Assembly: GCA_964016885.1 (NCBI GenBank)
Contig: CAXHJY010001326.1
Location: 23,931-87,930, forward strand
Length of the DNA: 64,000 nt
Reading direction: 5' to 3'
From: Eledone cirrhosa
Lineage: Eukaryota
Below the pieces are notes generated by a model that saw nothing but the letters and a program-made list of their open reading frames with translations, was not told the origin of the DNA and did not search any database. Below, in pieces: positions 53,134-64,000 of this stretch; positions within the stretch are counted from its first letter, which is position 1, and the number at the start of each line of letters is the position of its first letter. A program made the position numbers and the translations under genes.

Positions 53134-53659
53134 TTACTTTGGTAAACAACATTAAGGAGAAGTACCAAAGCCAATCATGCATGGCAAAAATCCAAAATGC
53201 TTTCTTGGTAAACTGAAAAACAAAAGTTTAAAAAAAACATCTGTTCTCCCTTCCTCTACCCTCCTTTCCTCTTTTTTTCATCTCCTTGCCCTCAATTATC
53301 ATCAACCTTTACCTCTCCTTCCTCTTTTTCTCCCTTCATCCACTACACTTTCACTCCATTATCTACTACATCACTTTCTTCTCCCTATTCACCCCCTTCA
53401 ATCAACCTTCCCTCCTGCTATTACCCCTCTCAACACCCATCCCAATTTTGTCTGACTTTCCTGGGTTTCCTATGATTGAAACAAATCTAGTCATGTCGAA
53501 TTTCTATATAGAATAAGGATACCTATACACTACTAATGTATTGAATAACTTGTTTAATAGTGGTCAGCTCCTGACACTCATTGGGAATCCACCTATAATT
53601 ATCCAGCTCCTTAATGGGCCCTTAACAACCACTGTTAGTGAAAATGGTCACCGCATTTT

Positions 53660-54000
53660 GATACATCTATGAAGAATATCCTCATACCACATAAAATACA
53701 TTATCTTCAAATTTTAATCAGGAAAACAGATGAGTACATCAAGAGGATCAGATATAGAGTTGTTTTTCTTTGACCATCCTAGAGTAGTATCAAGCAATGA
53801 GGAAACGTTTAGGTTCCAAACCAATAAAGATTAAAAGAAAAACCATTCAAGAATCACCTTTTCCAAATGATTAAGAACCTGAAGTTCCACATGGCCAACA
53901 TAACCTTCCAAGCCTCCCTGAAGAAAAAGCTTCAGGAAATGAAAAACTCTGCAAAGCTCCATGTTCCGTTGGACAAAATGAAAATATGTATGAGGTGGAT
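53660..54000 (+). pseudogene. degenerate N-terminal portion of a probable PLE ORF
   Basis: Across frameshifts: SMKNILIP..LIRKTDEYIKRIRYRVVF..EETFRFQT..MIKNLKF..FQASLKKKLQEMKNSAKLHVPLDK; recalled as the region upstream of PLE RT, not verified by search. Confidence 0.5.
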
Positions 54001-54229
54001 ATACTTAAATGCATACATATACATACATTCACACAGACATGCACATATATATATATACATACAGACATATATACATACATACATATGCATACACACACAT
54101 ATATACATACATGCATTTACTTACATATATATACATTTATATACCTATGAATATAAGTATATATATATATATATACATACACATATATATACAACCTACC
54201 CCAAAATTGTTGACTAAACACACATCTGT

Positions 54230-54440
54230 TTTCTCTCCCCAAAATTTTCTTAGGCCTTTTGTTTCCCTTTTCTTGCTCTCATCTATCCTATCATTCTATT
54301 TCTCCTTTTATTGCCCTTTCTATCTTCTGAAGAAGGACTAATGTCCAAAACATTAAATCTATTTTCTTAGTGTATCAAGCATTAAACTAATATATATCTA
54401 TATTTTACTGTATCGTTTCCCTGTATGTATTTGTTTATTT
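54230..54440 (+). mobile_element. old repeat with decayed hammerhead motif (same family as 2520-2690)
   Basis: CTT-CTGAAGA-A-GGAC taat GTCC-AAAA-CA-TT-AAA at 54324-54357. Confidence 0.55.
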
Positions 54441-54461
54441 TTTTAAACACACAGACGCACA

Positions 54462-54541
<80 letters not shown>

Positions 54542-54977
54542 AGTGCTACACAGATTCTATAACAATAATACATTACAGCAGCCTGTGACTTGAAACTATA
54601 TTTTTTGTTTGTTTGTACATCACTTGGTTTTCATTTCTTTATATTTTCACACATAAAATATAAATTTTCTCTCACCAATTTGTCAGTTTTGTGAAATATG
54701 TTGTGTATGACAATAAGACCATTAAGATTTTATAGTAGACTACATACGTTATTTTATCATAATGTAGTCTAAACGAGAGCCGATTCTCGATTCGACTATG
54801 AATGCAGTATTTATAACAATGATATATATTCTAAGAAGCAAGAGGAGTCAAAGTTACATTTCAGTTGAAAGAACAAGAAATAAAAATAAGACAGGTACAA
54901 CAAACATAAAACTCGAAAGAACTATGACATCATTTGAACATATATATGTGTGTGTACGTGTATGTACATATTTATAT

Positions 54978-55173
54978 ATCATCATCATCATCAGGTCGAG
55001 CTTGCTCGGCTTTCTGCGACACGCTTCCTCCATCCATCTCTGTCTCTCATAGCGTTTGCCAGTTCTTCCGCAGTGCATCCAGTATCGTCCTCAGGTTGCT
55101 TGACGTATGTCTTCTTGGGGCGACCAGCGTTTCTCGCTCCATGAGATGGACTCCATAACAACACATCACCTGC
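54978..55173 (-). mobile_element. RTE-clade LINE extreme 3' fragment (second family), (TGA)n tail
   Basis: AGDVLLWSPSHGARNAGRPKKTYVKQPEDDTGC..ELANAMRDRDGWRKRV..* then (TGA)n; flanked by (TA)n. Confidence 0.85.
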
Positions 55174-55775
55174 TATATATACATTTATATATATATATAT
55201 ATTCATATATATATATACACACATACACGCATACACACATACATATACACATACATATATATATATACACACACTTACACATAATCCTCATCATTTAACA
55301 TGTTTACCCAGCTAGCAAGTGTTGCATAGCTCATCACTGACGAGGTCAGTACTTAGCTGGAGCCACTGACCTTTTAGACAAGCTGGCAGCTCCATCTTGC
55401 ATGCATTCTTATACTCTTCAGGTGTTTTATTATAACACTCTTTCTGTCTTCAACCACTTTCCAGACTCTACATGGTCCATTTTATTGTAGCACCAGTGCA
55501 AGAGAGATTCATGTCATTAACCCAGTTGAGGTGTGGTCTCTACTCTATATGTAGAGTATTGGATAGAGGGAAGTAAGGAGGATGATAGGCATGATGTCAT
55601 GGGTGAAGGGAGGATACTGTCTGGTGTAATGGATGTATGATACATATGTTGGGTTTTAAAATGGTGATGTATATGTAAAAATTACACATAAATTTATATC
55701 AGTGTTAAACGTAGGTTAAACACACACATTTATATATTTGTGTGCATGTGTGTGTGTGTACATATATATATATAG

Positions 55776-56010
55776 GCGCATGCCTTAGTGGTTAGAGCAG
55801 TAGGCTTGCAATCGAAAGGTTGTGAGTTCAATTCTCAGACCGGGTGATGTGTTGTTTCCTTGAGCAAGACAATTTATTTCACGTTGCTCCAGTTTACTCA
55901 GCTGAAAATGAGTACCAGCAATAGCTGGAGGTTTAACCCTGTGATGGACTGGCGTCCTGTCTTGTACTCTCAGTCGCTTCACGCCATGAAACCGGGATAA
56001 GCACCAGCCT
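55776..56010 (+). mobile_element. SINE family B3 (same head and CORE, third tail type)
   Basis: GGCGCATGCCTTAGTGGTTAGAGC head and CORE as in family B; tail CCTGTGATGGACTGGCGTCCTGTC...GTCGCTTCACGCCATGAAACCGGGATAAGC. Confidence 0.85.
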
Positions 56011-56093
56011 AGGCATGCTGTGAATTCTCTCTCCCATGTGTGGCTGGACGGTCGCTTTAGATTCTCTTAGTGTTGTCTGAAATGTATAGCCTT

Positions 56094-56176
56094 ACACACG
56101 CTGATGAACCATGGGCTAATCATTTCTGTCAGCAACCTATTTGGCGAAACAGATCTTTTGGGATTTGTACGTGTGT
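56094..56176 (+). ncRNA. type I hammerhead ribozyme motif with full stem III
   Basis: ACACACG-CTGATGA-aCCA...TGGc-GAAA-CAGATCT tttg GGATTTG-TA-CGTGTGT: stem I 7 bp, stem III 7 bp, core intact except an A-C pair at the base of stem II. Confidence 0.75.
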
Positions 56177-56917
56177 GTTAGATATTTATCGAGGTATGTA
56201 TTTACACTTTAATTTATACTTTTAATTATTGTGTGTCTACTCTGCCTTCCATGGGCTATAGATTACATACACTGGTGGTTTTTCCATGTTTGACTGATGG
56301 CACACTATCTCTCTCTCTGGTGTGTTATCTTTTCTACATATTGTATTATAAAGGGCTCAGGATTCCTTCTCTTTAGAGCACATTACTGACGGGGAATAGC
56401 GAGAGTCTATGGCTCTGTTAATTTATTGTGATATATATATATATATATATTATGAAAAACGATGAAGTTTCATTTACTTGTATTTATGTTTTTATTGAGT
56501 ACCGACCTTTAACACACATTTCACAAATGATTGGCTCATGATCACCTATGGAAGTCATAGTCCCAACTCCAGCATCGATCTGCTAAAGTGTTTGTCATAG
56601 TTTTTTCTTATGTACTCTCTGCCTGTGCATTGATTGATCATCCTACACTATATATATTTATGTGTACATACACGTTTATTAAAGAAACAGATTCAATGTC
56701 TCACAGTGACCAGTGGTTTTATATTATATTAGTGATTTTATATTATATTCAGACAGAAATGGCATTAAAGAGTTGCTGATTTTCAATGGATAAGATTCTT
56801 TGATATTAAACTGCCTTTGATTCTACAAAACTAAAGTGTTTATTTTAAAGTGTTTAGATTTATTTCCAAATCTTTCAACATAATTGTATGTAAGAACATT
56901 TAAGTTAGGCACCAAAG

Positions 56918-57189
56918 CAGTGCTAGACTTACGTATAAGCTAAATAAACTATAGCTTAGGGCCACACAACCGCAGGGGCCTCATTTTAAAGATATATTTT
57001 TATTTTATAATCAGTTTTTATTTTTTAACACTAAATCATCAAAGATTATAATTTATTATTCATCACTAACATTAATATAAAAAGTAATAATAAAGTATAA
57101 TTTTTTTTTTTTTTTCACCTGAACATTTTCAGAGAAAAACCCCAAGTTTCAAATAGATTAGGGCCTCAACAGGTGAAAGTTCAGCCCTG
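56918..57189 (+). mobile_element. non-autonomous DNA transposon (CAGKGC...GCCCTG ends)
   Basis: CAGTGCTAGACTTA...AAGTTCAGCCCTG imperfect TIRs; homologous copy at 33052-33489. Confidence 0.65.
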
Positions 57190-59290
57190 CACCAAAGTCC
57201 AAATTAAGGAGAAAGTTTATATTGCTAAATCCCTCCAAATTCTTATTTTAAAACTGATTAGAAAATCATAAGCAGTGTATTCGATAAGAAATATGGTAAT
57301 GGAAATGTTAGAGATAATGTAGATGGGTTAGAAAATTTCCCTGGGGTGGGCGGTGGCTGATTTGTTGTTTTTATGGCATTTTTGTTTATTTAGCTTTTAC
57401 GATTTTTAATATATATATTCTAATTTTTGGGGTGGTGTCTGTATTGTATTCTATGTATGAGTGTGTGTATTGTATGTATACATGTGTAGGTATATTGTAT
57501 GTACATGTGTCCTGTGTATTGCATATATGTGTGTCTATGTATGAGTGTGTGTGTATTGTATGTAAAAGTATGTGCATTGTATGTATGAGTGTGTGTGTGT
57601 ATTGTATGTATGTAAGCATATTTTATGTAGGAATATGTGTATTGTACATATGAGTGCGTGTATGTGTGTATTGTATATGTGTGTATGAGGGTGTATTGTC
57701 TGTAAGAGTGTGTATACTGTGTGTGTTTAGTCTGTGGGTTAGGGATAAAAGGCTGAAGTCTGACACAAGCCCAGAATTTCAAATAGCCTCAAGTAACTGG
57801 GAGTATACCAGGTTATCATGGCCAGGACTTCACATAATTCTTTAGCTGGGGTGACTGGAACAACTTGAAATGAAAGAAACAATGTAATACTCAATACCCT
57901 GTACAGGAATCAATCCTGCAACTATTTGATAATTAGCCCAACACTTCAGCCAGTAGACTGTGTGTTTGTATGTGTATGTGTGTGCACACGTGCATGCGTG
58001 TTTGTGTGGGCCTTCATTAGTGAAGCAGTTGTTTAATTAATTGAATCCAAATTTGAAATATATTTCTTAGTTATTGGCAGTAGCTTTGATTAAAAGCAGA
58101 ATTCAAATGTCAGAGTGTATATGGAATAGACAAATGATGATGGCAGTAGGAGTCAAGTAGAATGTGTTAAGCAATATATGTGAAGTGGGTAGGCATTGTT
58201 AATTTGAGAAAATAGAAAATGAATCTATGGAATAATAGAAACTAAAGTTGCTGTCTACTTATCTTTTTGTAGTTATTATCAAATGGTCCCCACCTCAGAG
58301 TTCATTTGAGATGCACATAGGTGAAAGGAATGAATGTGTGAGAGTGTGTATGTTTGAGAGTCTGTGGAATTGATTTATTTGGCAGAGCTTTTAGACCATT
58401 TGTCATTTGTTCCAGCTCTCTGTACTTTGAGCTCAATCCCTGCTGAGGTCAATGTCACTTTTTGCCTATTCAGAGTCAATAAACAAAATAACAAACAAGT
58501 ACTGGTGCAATTCTCTCTCTTTTCTCACTCTCACATTCCTGATATTTTGCTTGGGAGGGTTGAGAGTATTTGTGTCTAACTGTGTTTACATGGGCACCTA
58601 AAACACCAAGTGAAGGCATTTATGTCATACTTGATTGAGAGTGACAGAGCCGTAGGGATAGTGTAACTTTGGGGTTGATTAAAACTAAGCTTATTATATA
58701 ATATATATATACTCATGTATAAGTCAAACCCTACTTCTTGTGCAAGAATTTGGATTTTTCCAAATATATCATAGAAACGTTGACTTTCATTCTTCACAGA
58801 AAACAGTGAGCATTTGTGATTAAAGATATCTTGAATATAAATATTACATTGAGGAAATTAAGTTTTGTTTTAATACGATGCCCTGATGTACCTAAATAGA
58901 AACATCTATATAAAAGCTATGCGACCTTATTTATGTGCTTTGTTGTAAGAAAGTGGGTTTTAATGCATAGGAAAATTGGAATTATTACAGTAATTGTTTT
59001 TTTATTTATTTATTTAGAGTCTATTTGAGTTTCTAATTATTGATATAGCATTGTGGATTGTTGTGTGAATTTCAGTCCTCCAAAAGTATTATCTATGTAA
59101 TGTCAAACTAATACATTGTATCTAAGAAACAATAACCTAAAACAATTGATTTTTACATAATAGTGTTTTTAGAGATGTCAAATACAGGGGACCAAGTCTA
59201 ATAAAGAATATGTTGTTCTGTGTCTTAATTATCAAAATAATTAATGATCATAAGAGGTTTAGTGAAATAACTAACTTTTAACATAACAAG

Positions 59291-59620
59291 TGAAGGCACA
59301 CAATTTAGTGGTTAGAGCATTAAGCTCACAATCATATGATTGTGAGTTTGAATCCCAGACCAAGCAGTGCATTGTGTTCTTGAGCAAAACAATCTATTTC
59401 ACTTTGCTCCAGTTCACTCAGTTGTAGAAATGAGTTCTGACATCACTGGTGCCAAGCTGTATCAGCTATTGCCTTTCCCTTGGACATCTGTAGCATAGAG
59501 AGGGGAGACTGATGTGCATGGGCATCTGCTAATCTTCCACAACATATCTTGCCTAGGCTTGTGCCTCAGAGTGGAACTTTCTAGGTGCATAACCATGGTC
59601 ATTCGTGCCTGAAGGGGACC
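59291..59620 (+). mobile_element. SINE family B2
   Basis: Colinear with 20886-21217. Confidence 0.85.
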
Positions 59621-62600
59621 TATGATAACTTAACATAAAAAAAAAATTTAACTAATGAAATCTAATATCAAGTGTGTAATAATAATTTTTTATTAGCCAT
59701 GAGGGCCAAATCTATTGTGTAATAATGAGGTTTCAGTCCAAGATTTGAATTTATATTTGAATACTTTAACCCATTACATACCACCCTGTCCAAAACTGGC
59801 TCTGGTTCTATAAAAACCATAAATGTTAAAGGGCACCTATTTACATTCAAATTTTTAAAAAGTCTTATGTAAGAACCATATTTTAATTTACTATTTTAGT
59901 AAATCCCTCAAAAATTCTTTATTAATTGAATTTAAGTGCAACTTCTTAGAAATATGATTATGAAAATACTATTAGAGGTGTTTTCATGAGGGTAGGTGTT
60001 AAACTGGTTAAATCAATACCAATAGGTGGCTGGTACTTATTTTAGCAAGTGAAGCGGCTTCATAGCGAATATTTTCTTGGCATCATTTGTTGTTGTTCCA
60101 AGTGCATTTCTTTCCATTTACAGAAACTTCAAACGTGTAAGACAACTTAAGAACAGCAGAGATATAAATATAGTGATATAGAAATCAATAAGTCTTTCAC
60201 ACAGCTGGGAGATGTTTAGGTTTGTTTCAAAATAACCTAAATAACCTGAAATAGCATGGGTTGACTTTTTATTCTGGGTATCAAAAAATAATCAAAAAAT
60301 AATTTAGTTATTTCCACATAAAACTAGTTCATTTCATTTCTAAATGACAGACAATTTATTTATGAAAAATTAAAATTATTTGTTTTGTTAGCCTTAATTT
60401 GGTTACAAAATCTAAAAAAAGATTACAATGGTGATCAAATGGGGGGAAGTGCCAGAAATTACAAGTGAAAGAAAACTGCAAAAGAGAAAGACCAAGGATG
60501 ATATAAGCAGAAGTGGTGAAAGCTGAACTACACAATGCATGAACAAAAAAGCAAAGACCGTTGAGAGCAAAAAATGATTATAAGAGGAATCAGGTGCAGT
60601 GCACCTGGGTATAGACAGAATTCATACTGATGATGATTGAGTGAGAAAGTACCAGGTGTATCAAGTGGAAGGAAACATGAAGGAGGAAGATGAAAGAAAA
60701 CATGGGAAAAATAGTGAAAGTTAATCTTAGAATGCATTACAAAGGTGACAATGAAGGGACACAACAAGTGGAAGGATTCTATATTGGAGCAAATTTATCT
60801 AACTCATATAAGCATGAAATAATGGATGTAAAAATGATGATGATAATGATGATTACAAGTAAATTCCTTATAGCCTGGAATTTTATTTTATTATTGTTTT
60901 TTAGTTGCTCTCCACCAAATAGAAACCTGGGCCAAAACTATGAAAAAGTGGGCTTTATGGTGACTGATTGAATTTTTTTCCAGAATATCTTAGCAGTTCT
61001 TAACAATTGTTTTACTCTACAAAGTCAAGACGAAATACTGCTCTCAGACCTAAGATGAGATTGTTGTTGCTCACACTGACATTCAAGATCATATTCAGAG
61101 AAAAGCCACTCAGCTAATTGGCACAAAGTCACTCACTGATACACACTCTCCAACTTAAAACATTGGTTAAGTGTACAAGAATAGTACAATATTTTTGATG
61201 GAAGTTAAATGCCTTTTCATGTAAAACAAATTGAATTTCATTTAAAATAGAATACCCTTTTATGTCAGGTAAAAGATACATAAAAACACTTGGAGAACAT
61301 TTCTGAGAATAGCATCTCTCATATACAATGCTCAATGCTGGTTTGTTGCTCTAATGTCATATTTAAAAATATAGAGAAAGAGTGGAGAGAGAATGAGAGA
61401 GAGAATTAACATGTGGGTTGAAGGAGGAGTATACATACTGAGCAGAGGACCAGGCAAAGAATGAGAGAGATTGAAACTCAAAGAACACTATACTAAAGTG
61501 TGTGCATGCAAACACACACCCAAATGCAGACACATACAAGCAGGCATTCACATACATACACAATTGTCTGCTGAGCATTTGTTTATATGAATTTATGTTT
61601 TCTTTTCCCCTTTTCTTACTCCTCTTTGATGAATGGCGGAATATACACATATTAAAATACATATTCCTTTACTAATTTTTTCTTACCTTTTTCTTCAATT
61701 GCTGCTTTATTTAATATGATATTTATAATTAATATATAAATGATGTTCTTGGCCAATGGCAACTTATTTTTTCCATCTTTAAAGAGTCTTCACCCTATTT
61801 TATAAGCTATTTTACAGCATCCCTACACATGAGCACATCATTCTTTATATTAACTTTATCTTCTCAGTGCTTTGTAAAAGATCAAGAGATCAGTTATATA
61901 TATGATATATTTATATTTGAATATGAGAAACATTGTAAACCAAGTAAGCCAAATGATTGCATAGTAAATTTATTTGTGTTTTTAATTTATTTTTTTTATC
62001 TATTTACTCGATGTTTATTGATATATTTATACATTTATTTACCTACTGATACCAAAAGTGACAAATGTATATGGCCAAATTTATTTATCATATGATGGGT
62101 GTATCGTATAAGCAGTAAAACAAAGTCTCAAAATGGATATCACCAAGATTTTGCAGTAATGAGCATAAATGTTGGCTCTATTTTACATCTGATCCCGGCC
62201 TATTACCAATTTGTACAATGTTATATATAGAGAGAGTTATAAGTATCCTGCTACTTAGAGTGAGTGAAAGTGGGTTGAGAAAAGGAAATGCGTGATGCCT
62301 GAATGAGTATCCTCCACCTCCAATCCTCTGGCACTTTGTGGAGAATACATTGCCCCAAAGGATGGTGAGGGAGATATGTTAGAATAGCCAGCTCCACTCT
62401 ATTAGAAGTGAGTAGGGGCACCGTTCTGAGGCCAAGAACATCATAAGTCACCACTGCTACAGGCTCTACCACAAACCAATCAGAGAGTGGTTGATAATTA
62501 GGCAGTTTGGCCTTTTCGGCCTGGAGGGCAGAAGAGCCTGGGCTGGTAGCTAAATGCACCAGGTTGCCACTAGAGAAGGTGTCACATCCTCTAGTATCCC

Positions 62601-62957
62601 AGATGAGGGGGTCTATCACCAGGAAACAGGAAGATGGTCATGCTAAGTTTTGTTGTCTAGCTTTATTTCATCTACTTTGAACTCTAATTTCCAGCTGTGG
62701 AGAACCTATATTTTCCATCTAGTCTGGACCTATTACCAGCATTAGTAGGACCTGCCTAGAAAGGGTGAAAAGCAAAAGCAACCAGATGAAGATTTGAGCA
62801 CAAAATGAAATTAAGTATGACTTAATATGTCAATGGTATTTTGCCTACTGCTCTACCACCATTAACTTGCATTATAAGTATAATAGCATAAGGATTTTAT
62901 GAGAATACTTTGTAGCATACATAATAGACATATATATTTATACATATACATACACAC

Positions 62958-63044
<87 letters not shown>

Positions 63045-63544
63045 ATGCATATACGTACACATACATACTATATATATATATATACATGCATATATGTACA
63101 TACACACACATAAATACACATGCACACACATATACATGCATACACACACACAAATGTATATGTATGTATGTACAGATTATAACTACACTTGCTTTTTATT
63201 GAATTTGTATCTGTATAATTACTATTTAACAACTCGAGCAGGCTATTATTCACTTATGTTTTTTAAGTTAAATCTTATATGCAAGCTTTTAGTCCCTGTC
63301 CCTTACATGTAGAAACAATTTCCTCCCCTTTTGTTTAATTAATATATGAGGGCGCTGACTTTGACACTTATGGATATATATATTAGTAGTGTCTCACTTG
63401 AGTATATAATTATATGTGTTTATGTGGTTGTTTTTTATATAAGGGTTCTTTATTCGTATCCTTACTGATCTTGATGGTGATAGCAGTAAAAGTTTTAGCG
63501 GGTAAATGTATACGTACACCTGCATGTCCATGTGTATGTGTGTG

Positions 63545-63583
<39 letters not shown>

Positions 63584-63791
63584 ATTTAATTGTGCACTTG
63601 TGTGTGTATGCATATAAGTATAGATACTAGTGTATTGGTAGTTGTATATGTTTATATACATACGTACTATTATGTTTTTCTAAATAGGTACATTTAGACA
63701 TATTTATATATTTGCACATGACCATGCTTTTAGAATATGAACAAATATTAATGTGTGCACTTGTGTATTGTATGCTTTGCTTACATTATTG

Positions 63792-63971
63792 TTTGGCAGT
63801 ACCAGTAGAGGGTCGGACGCCATGCTTTGACGCATAGAGTTACGGTCCTTGCCATTCTGAGTTCAAATCCCGCCGAGGTTAACTTTGCCTTTCATCCTTT
63901 CGGGGTCGATAAAATAAAGTACCAGTAATACACTGGGTTAATTGCTGGCCTTGTGCCAAAAGTAGAAACAA
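63792..63971 (+). mobile_element. SINE family A
   Basis: Near-full consensus; ATTATTGTT flanking duplication. Confidence 0.9.
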
Positions 63972-64000
63972 TTATTGTTATGTTATTACCATTTCCTGCA

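Noticed and set aside
55337-55380. CTGACGA-GGTCAGT...ACTGACC half hammerhead
   Set aside because: Followed by TTTT rather than GAAA

Overview
Eukaryotic, very AT-rich, repeat-dominated non-coding DNA (intergenic or intronic). The (TA)n/(CA)n/(ATT)n microsatellite load and SINE/LINE repertoire suggest an octopod cephalopod, but that is inference. No intact host gene is recognisable, and almost all ORFs in the track are microsatellite or repeat artefacts. Real content: more than 25 copies of an (ATT)n-tailed tRNA-derived SINE; about 9 copies of a CORE-type tRNA SINE with three alternative tails; a 5'-truncated RTE LINE with a PHD finger inside its RT; Tx1/L1-like and other RTE fragments; two decayed mariner transposases; several MITEs; and Penelope-like element (PLE) remnants, including a GIY-YIG domain missed by the ORF track. 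The most interesting signal is a set of type I hammerhead ribozyme (HHR) motifs in several apparently unrelated sequence families, mostly embedded in (TA)n and often in tandem or inverted arrangements. The best case is a young 418-bp HHR-carrying monomer in tandem and inverted copies at 47294-48583, a retrozyme or PLE pseudo-LTR candidate. All structures were read by eye; no database search or folding program was run.
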